Shown: piece after piece, positions 1 through 11,961 of the stretch
Layout: the number at the start of each line of letters is the position of its first letter
Numbering within the stretch: the stretch's first letter is position 1
Source: Phyllosticta citribraziliensis
Taxonomy: Eukaryota
Reading direction: 5' to 3'
NCBI RefSeq assembly: GCF_038025025.1
Contig: NW_027117340.1
Span: 2,418,001 to 2,482,000 of the forward strand
Length of the DNA: 64,000 bases
Program-made: the position numbers and the translations under genes
The notes under the pieces: generated by a model
Databases searched by the model: none
The model's input: the letters and a program-made list of their open reading frames with translations, nothing else
Told to the model about the DNA's origin: nothing

Positions 1-1865
1 GAGGCTCGTGCCGCCCCAGTCGAGCGTCGTGCGGCCGCTCTCGTGAACGCGGAGCTTGCCCACCTTGCCGCTGGACAGCACGGTTGGGAGGTCTGGGCTG
101 ACTTGGTCGAGTCCCGAGGGGCCGTCGTCTTCGATCTTGACGGCTGGCTGCTGCGGCTGCTTGTTGGATGACTCGGCCGTGGCAGCAGCGGGCGCGTCGA
201 CGTCGTGAGGGTGCGTGGGCGAAGTTGGCTCGGGCTTGACCGTGTCCTTGACTGTGAGACTGGGCAAGACGGGCGGGAATTGAAAGAGGTAGACGCGGTC
301 TTGACGGTTGTCGATGGCTTCTTGCTTGGGCTCGGTCTGTTCTTTGGGAGTGCCTTCGTTCATGGCAGTATCGCCGTCAGCATCGCGGGGCGTGCTAGTG
401 TCCGCGTCTGCGGCAGGCTCACGCGGAGGGACGATGGTGCCGAGTTCCTTTGCGACACTCTCCCTGGCCTCGAGGATACGCGCCTGTTCAGCCTTTTCCT
501 CCTCGGTGTGGGCGACGAATTCGCCCCAGCGCGGCTTTCTGCGCGACTTCATCCTGGGCTTGGTTTTGCGAGACAGCTCGGGCGACGACGGGGCGTCCTT
601 GATGGGCGCTTCTGGAATGTCCGTCGGGATGGCCGAGTCTTCGGTGGGCTCGTCCTTGATGTTGACGACGCCGTCTTCGTTTTCCCAGCCCCAGGCGCCT
701 CTCCAGTGAGCCTGCTCGCCGGTCACCTGAACGTCCTTGGCCTTTTGTTTGCCCTTCTTGCTGGAAGAAGCACCGTCCTCGGTTTTGATTTCAGGATCAC
801 CTGGCGCCTCGGCGACGATTTTGCGTGCGGCGTTGTGGTGCTCCCGGCGCTGAAGACGGACAGGCGCGAGGCCAGTGTTGTTGTTTCTTGACCTCTGCTG
901 GGCAGGTCCTTCCCCGGTTATTTCCAAATCGTCAAATTCGTCCTTGATGTTGATCCTGTCCACGTCGATGCGCGGGCCCAAAGAATCGGCTTCTGGGTCT
1001 GATGAAATGTATCCTCCGTCCTCAGCCTCGGGTTGTTCACCATCGCCCCCCTCGCTCTTGACAACTGGCTTGCGCCTGCTGCTGCCCGACGAGAATCCTG
1101 CGCCAGATGACTTTCCACGGTGGATCATGAGCCGGCTCTGGTCTGTCCGCCTGTTAGCTGCGCCCACCACACCACATAGGCTCATAAACACTCACCAATG
1201 CCAGTCGCCCAGCCCTCTGTGAAGATACCCTCCTCCTTGTGCTGCTCCCTTGACCCCATGAAGCCGCCCCTACCACCCCTTCCGCCACGGTCACCACCAC
1301 GTCCACGTCCGCGCCCACGATCCCCACGGCCTCTTCCGGCGCCCGCAGCCCTGGCTTCCGAGTTCAACTGCGCCATCTTTTCTCTCCTTTTCGCCTGCGC
1401 CTCGGCCTCCATTGCCTCTCTCTCTTCCTTGCTCCGTCTTCCCTTGAATGTCGGCATCCTAGCCATGGCCTTGGCCTTCTTGCCACCCCTTGCGCCCTCC
1501 GTAGCGCCCGATAAAGCAGGCGATGCCGCAGCAGAAGGCGCGCTACTGGCAGCCGAAGCCATTGCGGCAGTGTTTTCGGGTTCCGAGGCTCCAGCGGCTG
1601 TGTCGGCGGCCTCTGTGTTGGTCGTTGTCGCGTCCGCCTCGCCCGCACCCGTCATGTCCACGTCGGTCGTGGGAGCGGTAGACGTTGGCGCCACTGCAGG
1701 CTCATCCTTCGGCACGAAGAGCGACTCTTCCTCGTTGGCTTGCGGTTCCGCCTCGGTAGCTTCTGGGCGGCTCTCGGATGCAGCTTTTGCGCCGCGGCCA
1801 CGACCACGGCCTCTGGGATTCGTTGTGCCTCGCTTGGCGCGAGCGGTGCCCCGCTTGGGAGGCAT
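1..1865 (-). CDS. RPC53: RNA polymerase III subunit RPC4/C53, 3' end runs off the window; intron 1151-1195
   Basis: ATG at 1865 (MPPKRGTARAKRG..., RG-rich low-complexity N-terminus). GTGAGT...CTAACAG intron at 1195-1151. The window edge reads LPTVLSSGKVGKLRVHESGRTTLDWGGTSL, the RNA_pol_Rpc4 C-terminal signature. Confidence 0.88.
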
Positions 1866-2743
1866 GTCGAGTCGAATGCGAATCAAGAAAGAAACAAAGG
1901 CACGGGTCGTTGTTTGCGGAAACAAAGGCGCAGGTGGACGTGGGGGGAGCTGTTGGAACTTTTTAGCGAGGCGAGTCAGAGCTGTACCACCATCGATCTG
2001 CTGCGGTGGTGACGTAGGGCACGGTTCACCAACATTTCCGCCCAAGCTGAAGTGAACCAGGGTGGGTGACCATTGGCGAAACAAAACAGGTGGTCTAAGT
2101 ACTTGAGAGAACCAGAGACGGAAAAGAACTATTGGCATGGGCCATGTCTATCCTACAAGCTGATTCTTGAAGAAATCCAGGTAGTCAAGTCATCCATACC
2201 GGCATGTCACATCCAACCAGGGAGTAGCAACTTGAGGTATTGGTTTAAGTCTATAAGATTTCCCGGTTGACCCGTTTGTACCATCGCTGGCCATTCTATC
2301 CCTCGTCCATCTCTACACAAGTTGTGGATACTTCACCCCAGTATCAGAAATACCATCGCTCCCCTCCATAATTTCCATCTCCTATCCAAACATGCGAGTA
2401 TTATTCCCGCTAGTAGATGATTCTTCAAACAATACACTAAAAGGATCGTAAGGACAAGCCCGCCGCCGATATGATGATTCGCTGAAATACAGGCAACAAC
2501 GCTCATAAACGGATTAAATGCATAGAAAGGACAGGCTTTTTGGCGGCGGGCAGTCTGGATGCAGGCATGCAGTCGTGACGGCGTAAAGGAGTGTGGGTAT
2601 GGAGCTATCAGAATAGAAAACGAAAAAATAAAATAATAAAGACAGAGAAGAGAATCTGAAGATATACAAGTGAAGGATCCTTATGAAAACCTGGCAATGC
2701 TGGAGATTGACGTGAAAGGTTGCCATGACAATTTCAAGTCACC

Positions 2744-4189
2744 TTAAAGCAACCAGGTCAGGCCAAAGACGCCACCAGCCAAGGCGGCCGCAGCCTCGAC
2801 GCCGGCCATCTTACAAGCCGCACCCGTCTGGAGCGTGGGAGCGCCCGCGGTCGCAGTGCCCCCTGAAGCTTGAGCAATTTGCGTTGCATCAACAGTGGCA
2901 TAACTAGTCAGCGTCGAGCGCTCGCCATTTGGCAGCGTCGTCGTCGACAAGACAACGCTGCTGACATTGTCGGGCGTGTACGTCGTCTTGAAGGTGCTGG
3001 TGCCGCTGGTGCGCGTCAAGACCTGGCCAGAGCTGTAGGTGGCGCGCGAGTAAGCATTGGCTGCTGAAGTCACAGTGACTGTCGACCCGGCGCTGTTGGT
3101 GGTGGTAACAATGACGCCAGGTTGGGTGGTCGTCTTGCCCTCACTGTTGGTGGTAGTTACGGCCACTGTGGCGCCAACCAGGGCCGAGCTAGCAACGACG
3201 GTGGTGCTGCCGGCGCTGTTTGTCGTCGTGACTGTCACATCAACGACAACGGGAGTGGCAGAGGAAGTTTTGGTCGTGGTGGAAGTCTCTTGCGAACTGG
3301 ACGGAGTCGTCGTGATCGTAGTCGCAGCAGCTGAGGAAGAGGACTCTGTGTCAGTCGTTGTAGAAACAGTTGTAGAAGTAGCAGCAGCAGTACTTGAGGG
3401 CTCGGAAGAAGTCGAAGAAGAAGCTGAAGATGATTGTGAGCTCGCAGAACTTGACGATTGCGATGTGGATGAAGATTCCGGGGCGGAAGACGTCGACGAT
3501 GCCTCTGCTGAGGAAACGCTCGCAGTAACCACCGTCGTTCTTGTAGAAGTCGGAGCGGCAGAGGATTCAGAAGAAGACGCAGGGGCAGTGCTCGAGCTCG
3601 ACGAAGACGCACCTGGGGAGGAGCTCGACGTAGCAGCGCTCGAAGTGGCCGTGCTAGTGACGGTCGAGGTGGTACTGGTGCTGGCTACAGACGAGGACGG
3701 GATGGTGGACGTAGCAGGGACAGAGGTCTCAGACGAAGCGGGAGATGACGTACTTGCAGCAGAAGTGGCCGTCGAAGTCTGCACCGTCGTGCTGGGAACC
3801 GTCGAGGTCGAAGGAGCCTGCGTAGACTGCGTCGTCGAAGGGGGCACCGAGGTGCTTACGACCGAGGACGTGGTTGGGGCGGCAGTGCTCGATTGGGACG
3901 GCGAGGATTCGCTCGTGTTGTTGTTGGTCGACTGCCTCTTGACAAGCTCAGGCTTGGCTGCAGCAGCCTCGTCTGCCTTTGCATCATGTGCGACGGCAGG
4001 GTATTCTTTCTGGAAAGACAATTGATGGTTGTGCAGACAGTCTTGAACCGAGTCGGCAGCGGCGTCGAGCAAGGCTTCGACTTTGCTTTTCAGGGCAAGG
4101 GAGTTCCCTGCAGGAAACGCCAGGTCGGCCTGGACAAAAACGTTCGCAAGCGGCAGGGCGAGGAGAGCGAGGGAGCGAAGGGACGGCAT
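2744..4189 (-). CDS. Secreted Ser/Thr-rich, probably GPI-anchored cell-wall/mucin-like protein (481 aa)
   Basis: Single ORF with signal peptide MPSLRSLALLALPLANVFVQA, dibasic LVKR|Q site, a long S/T-rich region, TTTNSxGxT repeats, and C-terminal LQTGAA plus hydrophobic tail AAAALAGGVFGLTWLL typical of a GPI signal. Confidence 0.85.
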   Translation of the reverse strand: MPSLRSLALLALPLANVFVQADLAFPAGNSLALKSKVEALLDAAADSVQDCLHNHQLSFQKEYPAVAHDAKADEAAAAKPELVKRQSTNNNTSESSPSQSSTAAPTTSSVVSTSVPPSTTQSTQAPSTSTVPSTTVQTSTATSAASTSSPASSETSVPATSTIPSSSVASTSTTSTVTSTATSSAATSSSSPGASSSSSSTAPASSSESSAAPTSTRTTVVTASVSSAEASSTSSAPESSSTSQSSSSASSQSSSASSSTSSEPSSTAAATSTTVSTTTDTESSSSAAATTITTTPSSSQETSTTTKTSSATPVVVDVTVTTTNSAGSTTVVASSALVGATVAVTTTNSEGKTTTQPGVIVTTTNSAGSTVTVTSAANAYSRATYSSGQVLTRTSGTSTFKTTYTPDNVSSVVLSTTTLPNGERSTLTSYATVDATQIAQASGGTATAGAPTLQTGAACKMAGVEAAAALAGGVFGLTWLL

Positions 4190-6958
4190 TTTCGATTTGT
4201 CGAGGAAAAAAGGCTTTCGGAGTCGCGGGATGGAGGGTCAATTATAGACGCGTCGAGCAGTGGCAGACTGGCGCAGGCTCTTTGTCAACAAACGGCACAT
4301 TGTGGGAGGGGAGGCGTGAGACGGCAAAAAGCAGCGGCGGTGGATTGGACGTGCAACCAACGGCGATGAGACTCACCAAGTGGCCGAGTGGCTGGACTTG
4401 GCTGTGTGGTGCAGCGAGGTGCAGACACGAGGGCGTCGTCGGGCTTGTCGATAAGCAGAGGAGATGTGTGGTGAAGGAGAGACGGTCGAGCGAGAGACCT
4501 GGCCTGGCGCAACCAAGAGAGCGAGGGGGAGGTTGAGGAGGCGGAGAGGGAGGACGGGTGAGGTATGTCGGTAGAATGGGCGAGCAAGAGAGAGACCAGG
4601 GCTGTCGCTTTAGAAGGAAGGAAGTGAATGGTACGAGCAGGCGCAGGCGCAGGTGTGGAGCGGGATTATCATAGCATGGCATGGCATGAGCTGTGGGTGG
4701 AGCCTTCCTTTCAGATTCTGCCATGATGCGCAGCGCAGCGCAGCGCAACACAGCGAGCACAGCACCGGCCAGCCAGCCCGAAGCCGACGCAACGGATGGG
4801 GGAGCATACATAGCATGATGATGACCGTGTTTTGCGTGCATGCTGAGACATGTGCTTCGATGGCACGTCAGTCGTATATTCGTCCATCCGTCCGCTGCGT
4901 CGGGCCCTCCGTTGACGTCTCCAATGACGCATTATACAAGCATCCCGTGCACTCAAATACGATCCCGGCAGCTATTTTCTTCGTCCAACTTCTTCGCATT
5001 CATTTGCATCGCCAATTACCCTCCCACACCGCAAGCCTGCCCTCTTCGACAATCACAGCTCAACAGGGGGTGGGTGCCAGGGGGACCACGACACGTTGGC
5101 GTGCTCACCACCGGCCGAGAATGCCGCTGCTCGTCCCCTTGCAACAGCAAAATCCGCTTACACCGTCTTGCATATCTGCATGCTCGTGCTAAGAATAGCA
5201 GTAAGCTCGGCAGATCAAAAAGGCTTGGCCGTGTGTTCCCGCTGATCATGGCCAACTGAAGTTGCCCTGGCTGGGCTGCACCGCCTCGGGTCGACACTGC
5301 AACGCTTCAAGGCTCTCAGCCAACGCCAGGTTTCACTCAGATCCGCTGTCATCTTCGTCGCGGCCTTTGTGTGCGAGCGCCCGCATTTCCAGGTCAGCGC
5401 TGCCCGAAGACTATGCCGAATAAGCGAGGCTGTTTGTTGGTCATTGCGAGCCAGCATAAACGAATAGATGACCATGACGACGGCGATGATGAAGGTGGCA
5501 GAGGTCTGATCTACACGGCGACACCGAAAACCTGTCCCTCTTGACCCTTTGCTGCTCCGTCGTCTCAATAGTGTTCGGACAGGAGGCACGGTCTCGTCCA
5601 TGCCCGCTCCACCATCACGAGCGCAAGGACAACAGTCCGGATAGCAGCAGCGCAGAGGCGTGAACTTTGCTTGCAACAGAAAGCGCTAGGTACTCTCGAC
5701 CCGAACCTTGTTCACGACAATCGAACAAAAAAAGGGCAAAAACAGGCTCATTGCGTGGCCCAACTCTGACTTCGCGCAGCCGGATCTGCCCGCCGTTCTC
5801 CCCCTCTCTCTGCAAAGCGCAAACCCCTTCCAACTCGCGATCCACAACCTACCCCTCCACACACCACCCCTGGCCCCCCGCCCCATCCACCAGCATCAAC
5901 CTTGACGTCTCCGCAGCACCCCCATGTCTCTCCCCCACACCACCACATCTTCGCGACATCCCTACTCAGCTGAGCGACCCCTTTTCCCACCTGCCCATGG
6001 CCACGCTCCTGCTTTTCTGCCCGAATGTATCCATATTCTGCTGCTCATCCTGCCTGCATATCCGCCGGCCCGCCAGAATCGTACATAGAGGGCAGGCCAA
6101 GGAAGTCTATCCGGCAGCATGCGTTGTTTGCATTCTACCCCGCGAGGTATAATATAGGGCGGCCTCCACTCGTCTGCCGGAAAAGGGTCGCGTTAGCCAC
6201 GCGTGCTTTTCGCTCAGGCAGCGCGTTTGCCTTGCTGCCGTCTCGGCAAGGCAGGCAGTGGAAGACATTGGTCGAGTCTCGGGATGGAGAGACAGAGAGA
6301 CCATTGGCGAGTCCCCATGGTTGATTTTCTTCCCCTCTCTATCAAAAAAAGACTGGCTGAAAGAACAAGCAGGCTTCAAGCAGACGTGTACCTACCTTGT
6401 CCAATCTAGGAGGACTGCTGCTTGCTTTTTTTTCTTTTTCTTTTTCTTTCGTAGCTCGTTGTGACGACAAGAGCCGGCGCAGTAGCTAACTCACGACTCC
6501 AACTTTGAACAACACTTGACGACCGAATCCGGTGGCTTTGCGCGAGTTCCACTCGGACATAGCAATCAGTCGAACGCAAAACAAAAGGCAAACAAATGAA
6601 AAGAACAAAGATGAGAAGAAATCGGCGATACGTTACGGTTCGAGGTACTAGACTCCACGTGTAGATACAAAGTGTCTCTCCTTCCTCGACCCCCTTCTCG
6701 CATCTTCTCCTACGACCCCTGTCCACATCCTCCCATTATCCCACCAGTCATGAGGCGAGGAAGGAAGAGGAACCATTGCGAGAGAGCGATGAAGGAACCC
6801 GACTGCTTTCCCTCCTGCCAGCACCCCGACCTTCGCTGAAATGGCCCTTCGCGACGACCCCCACTCAAGTCCTCGAGTCTGACTGCGGCCATGGAGACTG
6901 CCGACGTGCCATTCGCAATGCGTTGCCAAGCGGCCCAGAAATAAGAGAAACCTTTACG

Positions 6959-6980
6959 CTCTCTCTCTCTCTCTCTCTCC
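6959..6980. repeat. (CT)n microsatellite
   Basis: About ten CT units downstream of the RhoGAP stop codon. Confidence 0.9.
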
Positions 6981-7206
6981 GCCATAACTGGTGTCAACGA
7001 CGCACGCGGGTCGCCATGGCCACAGAAAGATGAGGCGACTGATCCAAACAATCGAAACGGGACTCGGGCCGACGCGGCCTGATGACCAACCAAACCAACT
7101 CCCAAACCCCCAACACATGCACGCTCGCTCGTACCATGCAAGACACCAAAGGCAGGCGAGAACACAGCCTGCCAGACCTGCACCACTGCTTGCTCTCCCC
7201 CCGCCT

Positions 7207-10176
7207 CTAAACATCCAACATGGACCGAATGCGTTGAGTACGCGGCGATGCCGTCGAAGTAGGGGAGCCGCTGCGCGTTGACCGAACCTCCGCATCAGTT
7301 GGGAGCTGCTGTAGCCTGTCCGTAGGAATTGCCGTCTCGACCGAGCCGTTGTTGATAGGCGGCGCATCCTCGATGCTGGGCTCAAATGGCGGAAATTCGA
7401 CTACACTGCTTTTTTCGGCGGGAGCGGACATGGGAGCTGCCGCCGCCGAGGTGCTCCTGCTTGCGCTGTGGTGATGACCTGAGGTTGGTCGCGAGCCTGA
7501 CGGCTCCCGTGGTGTGCCCGGGAGCGGGGTGTAAAAGTGGTCGTCAGGGTCGACAGGCGGAGTGCCGTGCGATGGTGGTGTCTGAGTAGGGGTGAGGTCG
7601 ACCTCGGAGTCCATTAGACGATTTGGACTGACCCCAGGGGTGGGCTTGGTCTCCAAAACTTCCGGAACGGGGCTGACGATGTGAGCTTCAGGGAGTATTG
7701 TAGATGTACGAGGCAGTTCAGCCGAGCGGCCACGGCGATGCTGGGAGTGGGCAGCAAGACTGGACGAAGAGCGTTGCTGTCCCAAACCAGCTGCCGACCC
7801 TGCATAACTAGTGTGACCATGAGAGTCTACCATGCGGTTGTTGGGTGGGCTCTTCGCGCGTTGCTTGGCCTCTTCTCGTTCCTTTCTCTCCGCAAGCTTC
7901 CCTCTGAACCACTCAATCGGTCCCGCCTTCTTTTCCGCTTCCCTGCTGGCATCACTCCAGATCGAAGCCTCATGTGGCTCAATGGTCAAGCTCTTACGGC
8001 CACCGCGCGACCCAAACGAACTCATGCTCTGCTCAGCTCCGGGGTTAGAACCGAATCCATGCTCAGTGACGCCCTGGGACGGCTCCTTCTTGTGGGAGAT
8101 GCGCCAGTGTCGCTTCCTCTCCTTCTCGGTGTGGTCATAGGTGGAGGCCTCGTCCCCGTGCTCGACTTCCGAGTAATCTGCTGTCGTGGAATGCGAGCGC
8201 GTGGATGCGCTTGGGGACATGCTGGGTTGGAGCGGGTTAGCGCTCATCGGCTGTTGCTGCTTCGGGGGTGAGGATTCTGGCATGGCTGAAGGTTGCGTTT
8301 GTTCTTTGATTGGCGTACCTGCCGCGACATTTGGAGGGAGCGGGGATGGCGGTGCTCCTCCCGGAAGGGTCCCGTGGAGAGAGTGCGTCGAGCTGGCTGC
8401 ACTGGGGTTAGTGCTAGGAGCCCTCTTCTTCTGCAGCTTATTAGGCCTGCGCTTCTCCTTTTGCTCCGTGTCCGATCCAGGTGAAGCCGAAAACATGGTG
8501 GTAAACGAGCGGAATCCACCTGGCATTTCGCGGTCAGAATTGTCTACCCTACCCTTTTGTGGCGTCTCCCGGCTGGGAAGGAGGCCGGTCGCAGACGTCA
8601 CACTGGGAGGGGCGGCTAATGGGGTCGTATCGTTGCTTGAAGGGGGCGAAATAATGTGTGTTGGGCTCGGGGGTGGCCGACCTGGTCTGTTTGACTCGGG
8701 GATTGAAAGAGACGCACCCGCGGGCGAACGCGGACTGTTGTGCGATTCGCTATATTCTCGAGAAAATCTCTGAGGGATGATGGCGGGAGATCTCTTTGAA
8801 GGTACCGTGTTGCTCCTATGCAAACCTGTTGAGGCACCACTCGCGGGACTGGCTGCCGTAACCGAGCCAGATGCTTTGGACTTTCGAGAAGAGACGGAGA
8901 CGTTTCTGCGCATGATTCCCTGCTGTCTGACGCTCTCGGCTCCAGCGCTGGCGTTTGAAGTTGACCTGCCCAAACTGTGCGTCTTTGAGCGGTTTGGCGT
9001 TACCGGAGTCTTGGATGAAGGTGAGGGAGGACCGCTTTCGACCTCATCGACAGTCTTTTGGTCCGCAGCGGTGCCTTGCATGCCAATAAGGAAGTTGTCC
9101 TGGTTCTCAATCAAAAAGATGAGTACATCCTGGCTAAGCCGGTAGTCCGGAGGAGACATGTCGTGGTTCGGGTGGGACAGGATGCCTGGCTGGAAAATGG
9201 CGGCAAGGTTGGCGGTTGTCATTTTGTTCAGGTCCGACTTGGAAGCAAAAACTGCCAGAAGATCCAGAATGTAGAGCAACAACTGGCGGTTCAAGGGCGG
9301 CAATTCCGTAATCAGCCGCTGGTATTCCCGAATCGCCCCGTCCATGTCGAAGTCGCCCACGGTCTCTCGCTGACCATCCATGGGGCCGACAGCCTGAGCT
9401 TGGTGGTCCCGCAGAGGCTCTCTGAACCGCTCGTAGAATTCCAGTGGTATTATGGGCTCGGGCAACTGATTGAAGTATCGCCTGAGAATGTTGGCCGCGT
9501 CGTGCACGGTATACCCTGCCCAATCGAGGCCCTTGCCATAGCGATCGGGAGAGTTGAAGGCTTCGCGGAGCTCCTTGATGCGTTTTTCGGAACCGCTCAA
9601 CCTGAATATGCCCTCGACGTCGACAGCTGGAAAGCCGAGCCGAGTCAGCGCGATGCGAGAGCTCAGCGGGGAGGTTCAAGACGCACCTTTCTCCTTGAGG
9701 AAGACACCACACTTTGCCACCACAATTGGAACGTAGCCATATATGTAGCTTTCCCCTTGTTCGTTGAAGAGCGAGATTGCGACGTTAGCATACTTTATAC
9801 TCTCCTGCAACGGTACGCCGAAGATGCCCTTTGGCTTCTCCTGGTCTGTTTTTGAAAGTGTCAGCTCCGGACGAGTAAACATGATGCGCGAAGCAAACTG
9901 GGAGCAGCGGCGTAAGACTCCAGACAGGCGCTTGGTTTGCCGGTGCACCAGAGTCAAGCATCGCGAGGGCAGCGAGGGAAGGGCGCCTAGGGATGAGCGC
10001 GCCATGGTCCACACTCGGAAGAATATACCTTTCTCCTCGTCTTTCTTTGCACTCCCGCGTTTGAATTGTCGCCACCACGATGCCAGATCGCGCTTCGAGG
10101 GGACATCGCCAGACTGCGACTCGGGGGGCGGGTCCCAATTGCGACCCGGGACGCTGGGTTGTGCAGTGGATGGCAT
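7207..10176 (-). CDS. Rho GTPase-activating protein (Sac7/Bag7-like); exons 10176-10029, 9845-9687, 9626-7207
   Basis: Spliced product reads GIFGVPLQESIKYANVAISL...VPIVVAKCGVFLKEKAVDVEGIFRLSGS (arginine finger), YTVHDAANILRRYFNQLPEPIIP and NKMTTANLAAIFQPGIL. GT-AG introns with CTGAC branch sites. Confidence 0.92.
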
Positions 10177-11557
10177 GTCGGCGGGTTACGACGAGGGCTC
10201 ACAGCCTCTGAGTCGGCGTGCTGGGGCTGTTGTACTCGCAATGGCGGGCGTCGTCCTCTTGGGGGGGAGGGGGGATGCGACAAGATGGCAGCGATTCCTA
10301 AAATAGAGAGAACGAAGCGAGGGCGTGCTGGCGAGGAATCGATGCAGCCCAGGCGAGCGGCGCTGCAGAGCGAGCGCGCTGGAGCGGGAGCGGGCCAGAA
10401 CAGAGGGAGGTCGCCGATCGAAGCGTGATATGTGGGCGCGCGGTGGAGGCGCGCAGGAGGGCCGAGGATGCGCGTGCTGTGGGTGAGGATGCCTGAAGGG
10501 CGTCTGAACAGATGCAGGATGACCGTTGGCGTCCGAGGTCGTGAAACGTCAAGGACGCGAAACCCAAGTTTTGGCGGGACGAGGCGGAGAGGCCTTGTAC
10601 TGGGTGATGTAATGCGAAGATGGACGACGCAAGCAGAGCTGTGGCAGAATGGCGCTCACGAGGGGTCAGGCGTGCTGCTCGCTGGGGGTTGGCGCTGGCG
10701 ACGATGGTGGAGTCGTCGGCTTGGATGGATGACGATGGTGGTTCCCTGCTGACGGGCCGGGTGGTGAGAGGGAAACTGGGGCGAGCGAGAGATGGCAGCA
10801 GGGTGGTTTTCGGTAGAGCGAGCGATGGGGTCGGCGGACGGGGAGGTGGAGGAGGAGCAGCAGTGCGCAAGTCCAGCTCAGCAGCAGGCTTTCAGGCACT
10901 CAACTCTCAGGCTCGCACGCGGCTGGCAGGCTGGCCAGGGTGTTGGGGACGCGGGAACAACGCAGCAGCGCAGCCAGAAGGAAGCGAAGGCAAGAAGACG
11001 TGAAGCGCGAGACGAGAAGACGAGGGAGGAAGACGGAGGGCAGCACGCGCTGTACAAGACGCGAATACAGTACAGTACAGCACAGTACGAGCAGAGCAGA
11101 GCTGGGAGAGAGAGGGTGCGGTAGAGTGGACAGACACAGGACAGGACACGAGCTAAAATAGCAGCTAACGCTGCTTGGGCAAATGTCTTCTGCTGGTGCT
11201 GCGTACGGCAAGGTAGCTAAGCTGTGGGAGCGGCGCCAATCAGGGTCTGTCAGGTCTGGTCACGTCTGTGAATAGGTGGAATTCTTCGTCTCATCACGCG
11301 GCGTCCAGTAGAGCAGTCGGTTGTGGTGCTCCAGTCCAGTGGCCTCTCCGCTGTTTCTAGGCCCGGGCCCGGACCAGCTTCAGCCAACGGAACCCTACGT
11401 CAATCCCCAGGGCCATCCACTGCCGAAATTTGTGCTCAAAGCTCCAACTGCACAACACACACACACACCTCCCTCCAGCCCACTCCACCCCACCGCCCAT
11501 CCACATCCATCCAGGTCAGGTTTTCGCTCACCGATTCTCCTCGCTACATCATCAACT

Positions 11558-11961
11558 ATGGATGGGTACGCCGCGCCGCCCCCTCCCACGTCGCCCTCCT
11601 CACGCTGACCCTCGTGCCTACACCCAGTCTCTCCGGTGCTGAGCAGCGCGAGCTGCAGAACCGCATGGAGCGCAAGCAGATGAAGGAATTCATGAACGTA
11701 AGCCAAGTCACCGTCGCTGCAACTCCTTCGCCCGCCCAACCCAAGCTCACCCATTCCCGCCGCTAGATGTACTCCAACCTCGTCCAGCGCTGCTTCGACG
11801 ACTGCATCAACGACTTCTCCTCCAAGTCGCTCGGTTCGCGCGAGGAAAGCTGCATCTCGAGGTGCGTCGACAAGAACCTCAAGGGCACCGAACGCCTCGG
11901 AAACCGCTTCCAGGAGCAGAATGCTGCCATGGCCCAGAGCGGAGGTCTGCCTGGCAGGTAG
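11558..11961 (+). CDS. TIM9: Mitochondrial intermembrane-space small Tim chaperone Tim9; exons 11558-11565, 11628-11697, 11767-11961
   Basis: Spliced protein [62 protein letters not shown]...RFQEQN has twin CX3C motifs. Both introns are canonical. Confidence 0.93.

Noticed and set aside
205..2055. Plus-strand ORFs 205-891 and 1198-2055
   Set aside because: Antisense shadows of the GC-rich RPC53 gene, with no recognisable motifs.
3057..4025. 322-aa V/E/D/A-rich plus-strand ORF
   Set aside because: Mirror frame of the S/T-rich GPI protein, which is the one with a signal peptide and anchor signal.
6630..6660. GGTTCGA as a tRNA T-loop
   Set aside because: No flanking T-stem, acceptor stem or A-box could be built.
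4242..7200. Many 60-200 aa ORFs in the GPI-RhoGAP intergenic region
   Set aside because: Low-complexity UTR/promoter-like sequence with simple repeats; no coherent exon structure or motifs.
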